Shown: piece after piece, positions 37,653 to 47,984 of the stretch
Layout of the letters: each line of letters opens with the position of its first letter
Numbering within the stretch: position 1 is the stretch's first letter
Assembly: GCA_046758445.1 (NCBI GenBank)
Contig: JBHIAE010000002.1
Span: forward strand, 1 to 64,000
Source: Candidatus Thorarchaeota archaeon
Lineage (GTDB): Archaea > Asgardarchaeota > Thorarchaeia > Thorarchaeales > Thorarchaeaceae
DNA: 64,000 nt
Reading direction: 5' to 3'
Notes under the pieces: generated by a model
What the model was told of the DNA's origin: nothing
The model's input: the letters and a program-made list of their open reading frames with translations, nothing else
Database searches by the model: none
Program-made: the position numbers and the translations under genes

Positions 37653-38926
37653 TACCTCCTTCCCCCTCGCTTCTTCCTCAGCTTTCCGCGGTCCTTCCGG
37701 GCCGGTCTAGTTCGTTTCCTAGGAGGTTTCGGAGGAGGTGCTTCAACATTCTGCTTCCGAATCTCCTCTACCCTCTCTAAGAACTTCTCTCTCAGACTCT
37801 CTCCAACATCTCGTTTGGAGTATGCATCAATACGAGCAGCAATGGAAACCTTGCCAGCCAAGGCCCTGGCAATCTTCCCCCTCTGCCAATAGGGGGCTGT
37901 GTGAATCTCTGGTACTTGGTATATTATACCGTGCTTTGGAGGATCGGCACCACTCTTGAGGCTCCTGAATAGTGCTCTCTCTGCACCAAATACCTGGACA
38001 GTGCTAGAGGGTTTCTGAGCTAGTTCCTTCAGAGACCCGGCGAGGCTTATCAGACGTGCACCGACCAATGGTCCAACCAATACGGTGATATTGGGTGCGA
38101 CTGAGCTCATCATTGCCGTCACATACTCTTCGAGTTCCACTCTCTTCTTGTAGAGGCTCTGAATGCCACTCGAGAAGGCCCGGATTATGTCCAAGTCTGA
38201 GGATTGCAGCGGTGCCCCTATGTCCTTTCCCGCGCTCTCCATCACCGAATCAATCAACGAATCTGGAAGACCGATTGCTGACAGACATTCCCTACTGATC
38301 TCAGCACGGCCACCACATGCCTCTACTATCTTTGAGAAGACATCCTGGTCCTCAACCAGACTGCTCAGAAACGGATGGTGAAGCGAATACCATTCTCTGA
38401 GCCTCATGACCAGAACGTTGATTGACTTATCTATCTCCCCAATGGCATCAATTGCATGCTTTACGAGGAGGTCTTTCTCTTCGCTGGCGGCCGATATCTT
38501 CGCCCTGGCCAGCTGAATTGATACCTCCCGCCTAAACGAGTCAATCGCTGCCGTAGATTCCATTACTCCAGAGTCTATGAGAAGTGAGTCCTGACCATCA
38601 CGAAACCATTTGACTACCGACGAGTCCTCTTCTGTTGATGTCGGAATCTCTGTGATTTGTGCCAGTGTGCGCCCCAAAGCACTGTTCTCCACTATCAAAC
38701 TCTCAGTCTTGAGCTCTTTCAGATTCTCTGCCACAGTCCGTAGATTCTCTGTAGCTTCACCCTGACCAATGGCCTCAATCTCTGAAGCCGCGACACTAGT
38801 ATCAGGATATGTAAGGACCTTTGATACTACTTCCCCATTCTTGTCAAGCGTGAAGAAACCGAAGCTTGTGAGGACTAGATAGGTCGACAACGTGTGTAAC
38901 CCCGAGGATGAGTGACTGGGTGTCAC
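37652..38926 (-). CDS. nop5: Nop5/Nop56 C/D RNP protein
   Basis: RLREWY, APNITVLVG, VQVFGAERALF, PKHGIIY, GKIARALA; start uncertain. Confidence 0.95.
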   Translation of the reverse strand: MTPSHSSSGLHTLSTYLVLTSFGFFTLDKNGEVVSKVLTYPDTSVAASEIEAIGQGEATENLRTVAENLKELKTESLIVENSALGRTLAQITEIPTSTEEDSSVVKWFRDGQDSLLIDSGVMESTAAIDSFRREVSIQLARAKISAASEEKDLLVKHAIDAIGEIDKSINVLVMRLREWYSLHHPFLSSLVEDQDVFSKIVEACGGRAEISRECLSAIGLPDSLIDSVMESAGKDIGAPLQSSDLDIIRAFSSGIQSLYKKRVELEEYVTAMMSSVAPNITVLVGPLVGARLISLAGSLKELAQKPSSTVQVFGAERALFRSLKSGADPPKHGIIYQVPEIHTAPYWQRGKIARALAGKVSIAARIDAYSKRDVGESLREKFLERVEEIRKQNVEAPPPKPPRKRTRPARKDRGKLRKKRGGRR

Positions 38927-39023
38927 TCGGATAAGTTTGACTATTTAGTAGACTGGCATTCTTGGATGAAAGGCCGCTTTCCTTATTACAGCTTACAGGT
39001 CCTTAACCCACCCAGGTGTCTTA

Positions 39024-39893
39024 GTGAAGATAGAAGGATATTGGCTGGCCTCGGGAATCCTGGGAGTGACGGGTTCAATCCTCCGTCGTGTAAGTGAGTC
39101 TGGAGCCGACGCTGTTGTATCGAAATCTATTGGTGCCAAACCACGAACGGGACATCCAGGGCCAATACTTGCCACCTCACATGGAGGACTATTGAATGCA
39201 GTTGGCCTCACAAACCCGGGAATTGACGCATTTGGCGATGAGATGGACGCTCTCAGAGGCGCTGGAGTTCCAGTTGTTCTAAGTGTCTTCGGCAGTGAAG
39301 TGGCTGAAATAGCTGAAGTTGCAGTCAAGGGCGCGAAGATGCAACCCGATGCCATAGAGCTCAACCTCTCATGTCCACATGCAGAGATTGGTCAGATCTC
39401 TCATGACCCGAATCTCACATACGAGTACGTCAAGGCAGTCAAGAAGGCAGTTGACTGCCCGGTATTTGCGAAGATCACTCCCAATGCCTCAGACGTTGCT
39501 TCCATAGGCTCTGCCGCAGAACGTGCTGGTGCGGATGCCATTGTGGCCGTCAACACTGTCCGTGCGATGAAGATTGACATCCATGAGAAGCGCCCGGTAC
39601 TAGGAAACAAGGTTGGAGGCCTTTCAGGCCCTCCGATATTCCCGATAGCCGTCAGATGTGTCTATGACCTCTACAACGCTTTGTCAATACCCATAATCGG
39701 TGTAGGTGGGGTGTCTACATGGGAGGATGCAGTGGAGATGCATCTTGCAGGTGCCAGTGCAATTCAGATCGGCACTGCCTTGCTCTCTGGGCTTGATATC
39801 TTTCGAAGAGTCAAACAAGGCGTACAGGACTACCTTGAGAAGGAAGGCTATTCAAAGGTGACAGAGATTGTTGGTGAAGCAGGGAGGGACTAG
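39024..39893 (+). CDS. pyrD: Dihydroorotate dehydrogenase B, catalytic subunit
   Basis: NAVGLTNPG, ELNLSCPH, KITPN, GGLSG, IIGVGG. Confidence 0.93.
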   Translation: MKIEGYWLASGILGVTGSILRRVSESGADAVVSKSIGAKPRTGHPGPILATSHGGLLNAVGLTNPGIDAFGDEMDALRGAGVPVVLSVFGSEVAEIAEVAVKGAKMQPDAIELNLSCPHAEIGQISHDPNLTYEYVKAVKKAVDCPVFAKITPNASDVASIGSAAERAGADAIVAVNTVRAMKIDIHEKRPVLGNKVGGLSGPPIFPIAVRCVYDLYNALSIPIIGVGGVSTWEDAVEMHLAGASAIQIGTALLSGLDIFRRVKQGVQDYLEKEGYSKVTEIVGEAGRD

Positions 39894-39896
39894 CTT

Positions 39897-40724
39897 TTGG
39901 ACGTCGAGCAGCTAATGGGCAGTCCCATGACCGTGCCGGTTTCTCAGGTAATCAAAGAGAACAAGACCACCCGAACTCTTGTCTTCAAGCACCCGAAAGA
40001 AACCTTGAGCATCCGTCCCGGGCAGTTCCTGATGGTTTGGATTCCAGGGGTTGACGAGATTCCAATGAGTGTGTCATCTTGGAATCCTCCCTCGGTAGGT
40101 GTCACCGTATCACCCATTGGTGAGGCAACAGACGCTCTTGCGTCTGTACGAAAGGGACAACGAATTGGTGTGCGGGGGCCCTTCGGTACGCATTTTGACA
40201 CCGACTGTAACAACGCCATAATTGTTGGTGGTGGGATCGGAATTGCTCCTCTTAGACCACTGGCCTACGAACTAATCCGCCTCAACAAGAGCGTGACTCT
40301 CTTGATTGCTGCGAAGACAAAGGGAGAACTCATCTACGCGAACGAATTCAAAGCAGTGTCTGCTGAAGGATTCAAACTGGAGATATCCACGGATGACGGG
40401 TCCGTGGGTTTCAAGGGACTCGCACCAGAAGCGGCGCGGGAGATTACATCTTCAGAAACCCCTGATGTCCTGTATACTTGTGGCCCCGAGCTTATGATGT
40501 TGAGTCTGCACAGGCTTGCTATGGAGAGAGGAATGGGCTTCCAAGCATCATTGGAGCGATTCATGAAGTGCGGTTGTGGACTATGTGGTACGTGCGCGCT
40601 TGACCCCACAGGAGACCTTGTATGCGTCGAGGGACCTGTCTTTAGAGGAGAGCATCTCGATAGAATCAGTGAGTTTGGTAGATACAACCGTGATTCTATG
40701 GGTCTGAAGAAACAGTGTCAATGA
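39897..40724 (+). CDS. pyrK: Dihydroorotate dehydrogenase electron transfer subunit
   Basis: PGQFLMVW, RGPFG, GGGIGIAP, CGP, CGCGLCGTC, VCVEGPVF. Confidence 0.93.
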   Translation: MDVEQLMGSPMTVPVSQVIKENKTTRTLVFKHPKETLSIRPGQFLMVWIPGVDEIPMSVSSWNPPSVGVTVSPIGEATDALASVRKGQRIGVRGPFGTHFDTDCNNAIIVGGGIGIAPLRPLAYELIRLNKSVTLLIAAKTKGELIYANEFKAVSAEGFKLEISTDDGSVGFKGLAPEAAREITSSETPDVLYTCGPELMMLSLHRLAMERGMGFQASLERFMKCGCGLCGTCALDPTGDLVCVEGPVFRGEHLDRISEFGRYNRDSMGLKKQCQ

Positions 40725-40768
40725 GGTTGGGAGGGAAAAGCACTACCCAAAGATCAATCAGTAAATGC

Positions 40769-40933
40769 TTACCGACCAGCTTGGCCGGTGATCTTCCCCT
40801 TAATGAATCTCTTAACGTAGTTTCTCTTGTTACGGACACGTGGGATGGGTGTGTGGCGTTCGCGACCCTGAACCTTTGGAGTCGACTCACGAACCTTCCC
40901 GGCCTTCGTCAATGAACCGTGTGAACCAGGCAT
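40769..40933 (-). CDS. rps30e: 30S ribosomal protein S30e (eS30)
   Basis: [20 protein letters not shown] from ATG 40933. Confidence 0.95.
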   Translation of the reverse strand: MPGSHGSLTKAGKVRESTPKVQGRERHTPIPRVRNKRNYVKRFIKGKITGQAGR

Positions 40934-41059
40934 TAGTCTAACCTCTTCAACAGGGTATTCACACCGATGTTCATGTTTTAAGGATTGCCTTGTGGAGTGC
41001 GCTTTCTGACAGTAGGTGACAGCCCTTTGTGAACAGAGCACATCTTTTAACCGCGATTA

Positions 41060-42676
41060 GTGGATAATTCGACCAGAATGCCTAATCCTGATGAGTATAT
41101 TCTGCACAGGGAGATAATTGACTCACTGCTGAGCTCAGAGAGAGCTCTTGACAGACGGGAAATCAATCGGATAAAGAATGAAGTCTGTGCGAAGTACCGT
41201 GTTTCAAAGGTCCCAACGAACGCAGATATTCTCCAAACAGCGATTCCCGAGGAACTAGAGATACTTCAGCCTCTATTGCAGAAGCGACCTGTTCGCACAG
41301 TGTCAGGTGTCGCAGTTGTAGCAGCAATGACAGAACCCCACAAGTGCCCTCATGGGGAGTGTGCGTATTGTCCTGGTGGACCTGCTGCAGGAGTACCACA
41401 GAGCTATACCGGGCATGAACCTGCAACTATGAGAGGCCTGCAGCATGACTTTGACTCATTCAGGCAGGTGGAGAACAGGCTCAATCAGCTAGACACAATT
41501 GGGCATTCTATCCAGAAGGTCGAACTGATAGTCATGGGTGGTGACTGGTGCTCGAAGGATCCAGCCTATAGAGAGTCATTTGTCAAGGGCTGTTTTGATG
41601 CAATGAATAGGGCAATCAGTGATACCCCAGCTCAATCTCGGAAGAGGAACGAAACTGCCGAGGTCCGTAACGTGGGACTCACGTTCGAAACTCGGCCAGA
41701 TTGGGTGACTGCTGATAGTGTTGATGAAATGCTAAGGATGGGCGCGACGCGAGTGGAAATTGGTGTTCAAACACTCTCGGATGAGGTCTTGGAACGAGTT
41801 CAGAGGGGCCATCTGCTTGAGCAGACTGTCCAAGCCACAAAGATCCTCAGAGACAGTGGACTGAAAGTATGCTATCATGTGATGCCCGGTCTACCAGGAA
41901 ACACTCCAGATTCAGACCTCCAAGACTTTCGGACGCTGTTCACTGATTCTAAACTCCAACCGGACATGTTGAAGATCTATCCCACGCTTGTGGTGAAGAA
42001 CACCAAGTTATTCGAGTGGTGGAAGGAGGGTTCCTATAGTCCATACTCTGATGAACAGGTCGTCGAACTCGTTTCTGACGCAGTCAGTGAGATGCCCGAG
42101 TACGTACGAATCCAAAGGATGCAAAGAGACATACCGCTCCATCAGATAGAGGCGGGGCTCAGCAAAGGCAATCTTCGAGAGCTGGTTCATCATCGAATGC
42201 AGGAGAAAGGTCTGCGGAATCCAACCATCCGATATAGGGAGATAGGCCATTACCAGATGCGGACCGGGAAGAAGATTGATTATGAACACGTCGAGTTGGT
42301 GCGTCGCGACTACAAAGCCGCAGATGGACTGGAGATCTTTCTCTCCTTTGAGGAGCAAGAATCAGACGTCATCTTTGGATTTCTAAGGCTTCGTCTGCCT
42401 AGTAATTATGCTCATCGTCCGGAGGTCAAACAAAGTCCCTGCGCGATAATCAGGGAGCTCCGAGTCTACGGCCCTGTTGTCGAGATTGGTGAGAGAAACC
42501 CTGGTGCCTGGCAGCATTTAGGCCTTGGAGAACGCATGCTCTCAGAGGCAGAACGAATTGGACTTGATGAGTTCGAAGTCAATAGGCTTGTTGTGAATAG
42601 TGGGATTGGGGTCAAAGAGTACTATCGTTCTCTTGGATTCAAGGATATCGGCCCATACCTCGAGAAGGAGTTTTAG
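41060..42676 (+). CDS. elp3: Elp3 tRNA uridine(34) acetyltransferase (radical SAM plus GNAT)
   Basis: CPHGECAYCPGG, QSYTGHEPA, ETRPD, KIYPTLV, WQHLGLG. Confidence 0.95.
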   Translation: MDNSTRMPNPDEYILHREIIDSLLSSERALDRREINRIKNEVCAKYRVSKVPTNADILQTAIPEELEILQPLLQKRPVRTVSGVAVVAAMTEPHKCPHGECAYCPGGPAAGVPQSYTGHEPATMRGLQHDFDSFRQVENRLNQLDTIGHSIQKVELIVMGGDWCSKDPAYRESFVKGCFDAMNRAISDTPAQSRKRNETAEVRNVGLTFETRPDWVTADSVDEMLRMGATRVEIGVQTLSDEVLERVQRGHLLEQTVQATKILRDSGLKVCYHVMPGLPGNTPDSDLQDFRTLFTDSKLQPDMLKIYPTLVVKNTKLFEWWKEGSYSPYSDEQVVELVSDAVSEMPEYVRIQRMQRDIPLHQIEAGLSKGNLRELVHHRMQEKGLRNPTIRYREIGHYQMRTGKKIDYEHVELVRRDYKAADGLEIFLSFEEQESDVIFGFLRLRLPSNYAHRPEVKQSPCAIIRELRVYGPVVEIGERNPGAWQHLGLGERMLSEAERIGLDEFEVNRLVVNSGIGVKEYYRSLGFKDIGPYLEKEF

Positions 42677-43473
42677 AACACGTGTTCTAAGAACTCGTCT
42701 AGGACTTGATTGAACTGGTCCGGATTCTCCAGATTGGATGCATGACCAGCATCTGAGATTATGACCTTCCTGGAGTCTTCGATTAGTTCAATCATCTTGT
42801 CTGCGTGAGGGAAGACTGCCTTTCGCTCGTTCTCGCCTAACACTACAAGTGTAGGCACTTTGATACTGGCAAGGTCCAGTAGCTTGAAAGAATAAATGGC
42901 ATCCATCAACTTGAGAAACTCAGTTTGGTCCATTTTCAACTGTTCCTGTATTAGGTACTCTCGAACATCATCCTTCATGTCGAAGTACTTGAATGACCAT
43001 CTAGCATATTCCTCCGGGGACTTCCGTCGGATATACCATTTCACCAGACTCGCTGGGAACATCCATTTCTGTAACTTGTCCGAAAGGGTCAGAGCAGTGG
43101 CCACAGCTGTGTCGGCTAGAACAAGCCCTGCAAGATTGGACTGGTATTTTACGGCATACTCCTGAGCTATCATGCCTCCAAGGGAGAGACCGCACACAAC
43201 TGGCCTCTCTATCTCAGGTGCAGTCAGTAGATCGTGCAGATCATCGGCAAAGAGCGCACAGCTATACTTCCTGTCAGACCCACTTGAATCTCCGTGTCCT
43301 CTTACGTCGTATGTCAAAACCCGGTATCGGTCTGAGAAATGTTTCACCTGTGGGTACCAGTTGTCATGAGAACCACCCGCTCCGTGGACAAAAGCGATTG
43401 CCTCTCCATCTCCGGCTACCTCATAGTAGGTGTCAATATCGCCTGTCTGAATCAATGGCATGAAGAATCCCAT
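42673..43473 (-). CDS. Alpha/beta hydrolase
   Basis: FVHG, YDVRGHG, GLSLGG nucleophile elbow, AGH. Confidence 0.9.
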   Translation of the reverse strand: MGFFMPLIQTGDIDTYYEVAGDGEAIAFVHGAGGSHDNWYPQVKHFSDRYRVLTYDVRGHGDSSGSDRKYSCALFADDLHDLLTAPEIERPVVCGLSLGGMIAQEYAVKYQSNLAGLVLADTAVATALTLSDKLQKWMFPASLVKWYIRRKSPEEYARWSFKYFDMKDDVREYLIQEQLKMDQTEFLKLMDAIYSFKLLDLASIKVPTLVVLGENERKAVFPHADKMIELIEDSRKVIISDAGHASNLENPDQFNQVLDEFLEHVF

Positions 43474-43579
43474 TGAGTTCTGAGAGATAAGTGCTACTCA
43501 GTATTGCCCTGAAGTGGATGGAAGCTCTAAATGTCACATGAAAGAAGAGTTAAGACTTGGGTCTCTCAAAGAAGAGGGC

Positions 43580-44851
43580 ATGAAAGATGTGTGGCTGGTT
43601 GATTACGCGCGGACTCCATTCTCACGGTCTCGATCTCATAAGCCAGAAACTGATGCATTTGGCGAAATCAGAGGAGATGAGCTTCTAGCACGGCTGATAA
43701 AGAAGTTCTTTGACGGACCACTGGCAAACAAGGGAATTGAGAAGAAGGACATCAATGAGATCACAGTCGGTGTGGCCTCGGGAGTCCTTGAGAACTGGAC
43801 CTATGGAGGAAAGGTACTCGCCTTCCTCACAGGATTCCCACATCATGTACCATCGATTTCCATCGACCGTCAGTGCGGATCTGCAGGTACTGGAATGCAC
43901 ATTGGCATTATGGAGATCATGACTGGGTATAGCACAACTGTATTGTCGACGGGTTTTGAGCATATGACCCGGGTGAGGGGAAGAGGGCTCGAACCTAACC
44001 TGTCCATTGGTGATGAGGACTCGGAGTTCTACAGGCCTGACTTGGACGTTCCCACTGTATTCAATATGCTACAGACTGCTCAGAAGCTGTACGAGGAAGA
44101 GGTTCCCACCTTTACTAAGGAGGACATGGACAGATTCGGTGTGCGTAGTCACAATCTGACGGTCAAGAATCAGGAAGGTGGATGGTTCAAAGAGGAGATC
44201 ATACCTTTAGAGGGGCACACACCGGGCAATACTGATGAACCCATGCTGGTGGATAGGGATCTCAGTGCCAGACCTTCAACACTGGAGAAGGTCTCAACCC
44301 TGTCAACAGTGTCCACACCATTCTATCTTGAGAAGAACGGTGGAAAGGAAGGTTACATCAAACGAGAGGGTACAGATGAGGGCGTGATTACTGCAGGTAA
44401 TGCATCACCACTCAATGCAGGAGCCACCGCAGCTGTACTAATGGAGGCCAAGGAGGCAGAAACAAGAGGCTTGGAACCCATGGCACGAATAGTTTCCATG
44501 GGATGGGCAGGAGTTGACCCCGAAGTGATGGGCCGTGGACCCGTGCCTGCGTCTATCATGGCCCTTGAGCATGCTGGGTTGAGTGTAGAGGACATTGATT
44601 ACTGGGAGATAAACGAGGCATTCAGTATTGTAGCCCTCAACTGCATGGACAAGCTGAAGATTCCCGAGGAGAAGGTGAATGTCATGGGGGGATCAATTGC
44701 CATTGGACACCCTCTGGGTGCAACCATGATTAGGTTGACTGGCACGCTGGCAAGAATCCTCAAAGACAAGAAGGCAAAACACGGAGTTGCCAATGCTTGT
44801 ATCGGTGGTGGACAGGGTGTTGCCACTGTTATTGAGAATCTAGACGCCTGA
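43580..44851 (+). CDS. Acetyl-CoA C-acyltransferase (thiolase)
   Basis: DRQCGS, EINEAF, GHPLGAT, ACIGGGQG; likely start ATG 43580. Confidence 0.93.
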   Translation: MKDVWLVDYARTPFSRSRSHKPETDAFGEIRGDELLARLIKKFFDGPLANKGIEKKDINEITVGVASGVLENWTYGGKVLAFLTGFPHHVPSISIDRQCGSAGTGMHIGIMEIMTGYSTTVLSTGFEHMTRVRGRGLEPNLSIGDEDSEFYRPDLDVPTVFNMLQTAQKLYEEEVPTFTKEDMDRFGVRSHNLTVKNQEGGWFKEEIIPLEGHTPGNTDEPMLVDRDLSARPSTLEKVSTLSTVSTPFYLEKNGGKEGYIKREGTDEGVITAGNASPLNAGATAAVLMEAKEAETRGLEPMARIVSMGWAGVDPEVMGRGPVPASIMALEHAGLSVEDIDYWEINEAFSIVALNCMDKLKIPEEKVNVMGGSIAIGHPLGATMIRLTGTLARILKDKKAKHGVANACIGGGQGVATVIENLDA

Positions 44852-44928
44852 CATGACCTTCTTTCAATCCTGACACAACGGGGTGTGTAGAAATCATAAA
44901 TCTCATCCAACTGCTCGCAATCTGTGGA

Positions 44929-45504
44929 ATGATCAGTCCAATCATCTATACTCTGATGTGGATACTTGGAGGCATCATTCAGCCGGAGTACAGTCACATT
45001 CGAGATGATGTTAGCTCACTGATGGCTGTTGACGCTCCTAACAAGAAGCTCTTTGACAAGTTCATTGCTACGTCTAGCATTCTATTGTTCGTCTTCTATG
45101 CTGGACTGCATTGGGGAGTGAATAGTGGTGAAGGCTCCATAATCGGTCCCGTTCTATTCGTGATCAGTGGGCTTCTAGGAGTGCTTGTTGCCCTATTCTT
45201 CCCTCTTGATGCAGGTGGTGAAATCATATCCAACCGAGGGAAGATGCATCTGATTCTAATTGCAATATCAGGGATATTGGCAACTGCAGGGATGGTAGCA
45301 ATGTGGTTTCGATTAGAATCAGTGGCGGGATGGAGTGCTTTTGCAACATTCTCATTGATTACAGCAATAGTTTCACTGACTCTTGTGTTCATATCAGCTT
45401 TCACGGCCAGAAGTAGGTATTTCGGTTTGATTGAGAGATTCATGGTCAGCTCCTATCAGATCTACTACTTTGTCATAGCCCTAATGGTGTTTCTGACTAA
45501 CTAG
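44929..45504 (+). CDS. DUF998-like membrane protein
   Basis: YSHIRDDVSSL, FPLD, MH, GLIER with 5 TM helices. Confidence 0.7.
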   Translation: MISPIIYTLMWILGGIIQPEYSHIRDDVSSLMAVDAPNKKLFDKFIATSSILLFVFYAGLHWGVNSGEGSIIGPVLFVISGLLGVLVALFFPLDAGGEIISNRGKMHLILIAISGILATAGMVAMWFRLESVAGWSAFATFSLITAIVSLTLVFISAFTARSRYFGLIERFMVSSYQIYYFVIALMVFLTN

Positions 45505-45525
45505 AAGTGGCGTCAAGGCTTCGAA

Positions 45526-46314
45526 CTAGCTGAGTTTGTAACGCGCTACAACAGGGTACTGAAGGAACTCCCAACTACCCTTACTGCCTGCTGCGAGAGC
45601 ACCTAACTCGAGATGCAGCATGGCGATGCCACAATCGAGTTTCCTTGAAACACCAAATCCCTCTCTCTTGCTATTTGCTAATACTGTAATTGAGTCATTG
45701 CTGATTTGGAATCTCCAAGGCTGTCTGTTGGCAGCTGATGGGGCGATCCTTACGGCCTCTAATGCAGGTCTAGCCCACACGTTGTCATCTAATCTCCCAC
45801 TCACAATGAGTTTGTCAAGGCTCTTTCGTCTATACTTTTTGGATGAAACGCCAACTCTGTCAGATTTCTCCTTGGAGTACCCTACAGGGGTGATGGCTAA
45901 CACACGTTCACCGTTCTGGAGGTCAATCTGTTTCAAAACAGCTTCTCGACGGTAGAAACCTGCAACCCAGCATGTATTCAGACCCAGAGATGTGGCCTCA
46001 AGAATGACCCCTTCGCCTAGATATCCTGTGATGGCTTGGATGTTTGGTGCGCTCATGTTGGCTACGAATGCGATGTAGTATGGGGCTTCTGTGACCTTGA
46101 GAATATACGGGCCTACTGCTCCCTTGAATACATCATTCGCAGGTTCTCTCACAAGAACAGCTCTAGCACCAGAGAATGGCCTGAACTCGGTACAGACTTC
46201 TTCAATTCTTCTTGTCACTTCATCATCTGGAACTTCACCCGAGTACTTTCTCTGAGAATGCCGAAGGAAGATTGCATCGTACCAAGCATCGATAGGAATA
46301 TCCAAGATGATCAC
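45526..46314 (-). CDS. Nitroreductase family protein (tandem domain)
   Basis: RHSQRKY, LGLNTCWV, APSAANRQPW, LDCGIAMLH. Confidence 0.88.
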   Translation of the reverse strand: MIILDIPIDAWYDAIFLRHSQRKYSGEVPDDEVTRRIEEVCTEFRPFSGARAVLVREPANDVFKGAVGPYILKVTEAPYYIAFVANMSAPNIQAITGYLGEGVILEATSLGLNTCWVAGFYRREAVLKQIDLQNGERVLAITPVGYSKEKSDRVGVSSKKYRRKSLDKLIVSGRLDDNVWARPALEAVRIAPSAANRQPWRFQISNDSITVLANSKREGFGVSRKLDCGIAMLHLELGALAAGSKGSWEFLQYPVVARYKLS

Positions 46315-46373
46315 ACCAACCGGTCTGAGTAGGCAACGAGAATGAGATTAGTGTCTGTTGTTGTGGCAAAAAG

Positions 46374-46494
46374 TGGCGCCGAGGGTGAGATTTGAACTCA
46401 CGAGTGCATAGCACACTGGTTCGCTTGGCATCCTAGCATCCTAAGATACTGGTTTTCAAGACCAGCGCCTTAATCCGGGCTTGGCTACCTCGGC
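46374..46494 (-). tRNA. tRNA-Ser(UGA) with 33-nt intron at 37/38 (46422-46454)
   Basis: GCCGAGG/CCTCGGC, G discriminator plus CCA, long variable arm, BHB central helix CTTG/CAAG. Confidence 0.92.
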
Positions 46495-46580
46495 GTGATT
46501 CTGCATAATGCCCAGACGGATGCACTCCGTTGGAAACGCCTTTTAAGCTTCTTGTAGAGGTGGGCTGCTGGAAGAGAAAG

Positions 46581-47015
46581 ATGTCCGGACGTGGCTTCAG
46601 ATATCACGAACATACCGCCGACATAACCATCGAATGTTGGGCTCCGACCTTGGAGAGTGCGTTCGAAGAGGCAGCTCTAGCCACATTTGAGGTCATTGTG
46701 GGAACTTCGACAGTTCGACCGAAGAACCCGATTGACATCAGCGTCCAGGGAATCGACCTGGAGGAGCTACTAGTAGAATGGATTGGCAGGCTCCTTGCCC
46801 TCGTCGACATCAATGTTGAGTTCTACTCGAAATTCGAGATACAGGAGATATCTGAGAGCCCCGAGGGCTTCAGTCTCAAGGGTCGTGTCTGGGGAGAGGA
46901 AATAGACCTTGATCGTCATGAAACTCGGACTGAGGTGAAGGCAATGACGTATGCGGACATGAAGATTGAGTGCACGTCGGAGGACACGAATCTATGCTTC
47001 ACCCTTGATCTCTAG
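46581..47015 (+). CDS. Archease
   Basis: EHTAD, EVKAMTY, C-terminal LDL; likely start ATG 46581. Confidence 0.92.
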   Translation: MSGRGFRYHEHTADITIECWAPTLESAFEEAALATFEVIVGTSTVRPKNPIDISVQGIDLEELLVEWIGRLLALVDINVEFYSKFEIQEISESPEGFSLKGRVWGEEIDLDRHETRTEVKAMTYADMKIECTSEDTNLCFTLDL

Positions 47016-47026
47016 GAGGAATCAGG

Positions 47027-47884
47027 TTGGGAATTCAAGTCGCAATCCCTGACACTTCACTATCTGACTGCTCCGACCTTCGTCAGAAGACTGCCAAGGT
47101 CGGTACTTTGGCTAGAGCACTAGCTGTGTTTCGGGTGGAGCGAGTGATAGTCTACAAGACCGGCCGAGTTCAAGCAAGTCGGAAGAGGGACGTGGACCTA
47201 TTAGTCAGACTTCTTGAGTTCATGGACACTCCACAGTATCTGCGCAAGAGAGCATTTCCTCTGTCCCCATCTCTGAAGTATGCTGGTCTCCTACCGCCTC
47301 TCAGAACCCTGAGCCATCCTCTGGATGCGACTTCTGAAGACCTGGCCGAAGGCACTTATAGGTGGGGAATTCAGGTTCGAAAGGGAAAGATCGACATTGG
47401 AATTGAGAAGCTTGTGGATCATCAGGAGGAAGTGAGTGAGCGCGAAACAACCCTCTTTCGCGTGATCAAGACAGGTCCTAGGATCAGGCTGAAGGCGGCT
47501 ACTCGAGATGAGGTGGAAGAGTACTGGGGCTTTGACATAGTGAGGACGACGAGTCTTGTCGAAACACTTCAGAACTCCTCTACAATGACCCGAGTAGTCT
47601 TTTCAAGAAACGCGCCCTCCTACGCCAGCCTGGAAGATGAGATCAAATCGACAGTGGGTAATACCAAGTCTGTCCTCGGTGTGTTCGGCGGACCAAAACA
47701 TGGAGTGAACGAGCTCTTCCCTGACAAGAAGGGCGAGCTGAAGAAGCATGTCGACTTCTGGGTGAACACAATCCCGGGTCAGGGCACAGAAACAGTCCGT
47801 CTTGAGGAGGCCATCCCCGCGAGCCTAGCGCTACTCAACAAGTCTGTTGGAGCCTTGATTGCTCGGCCTGGCTTTCACAAATGA
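47027..47884 (+). CDS. SPOUT RNA methyltransferase (COG2106 type)
   Basis: TPQYLRK, GLLPPL, FGGP, NTIPGQGTETVRLEEA. Confidence 0.9.
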   Translation: MGIQVAIPDTSLSDCSDLRQKTAKVGTLARALAVFRVERVIVYKTGRVQASRKRDVDLLVRLLEFMDTPQYLRKRAFPLSPSLKYAGLLPPLRTLSHPLDATSEDLAEGTYRWGIQVRKGKIDIGIEKLVDHQEEVSERETTLFRVIKTGPRIRLKAATRDEVEEYWGFDIVRTTSLVETLQNSSTMTRVVFSRNAPSYASLEDEIKSTVGNTKSVLGVFGGPKHGVNELFPDKKGELKKHVDFWVNTIPGQGTETVRLEEAIPASLALLNKSVGALIARPGFHK

Positions 47885-47984
47885 GTGTCGATATCAAAGC
47901 TTGTCCATACCCGTGAGTTTTATAGACACAGACCTGAAGACTTGGGGAGAGGAATCTGCAGTCTAGAAGAAGGGGCACAAACGG

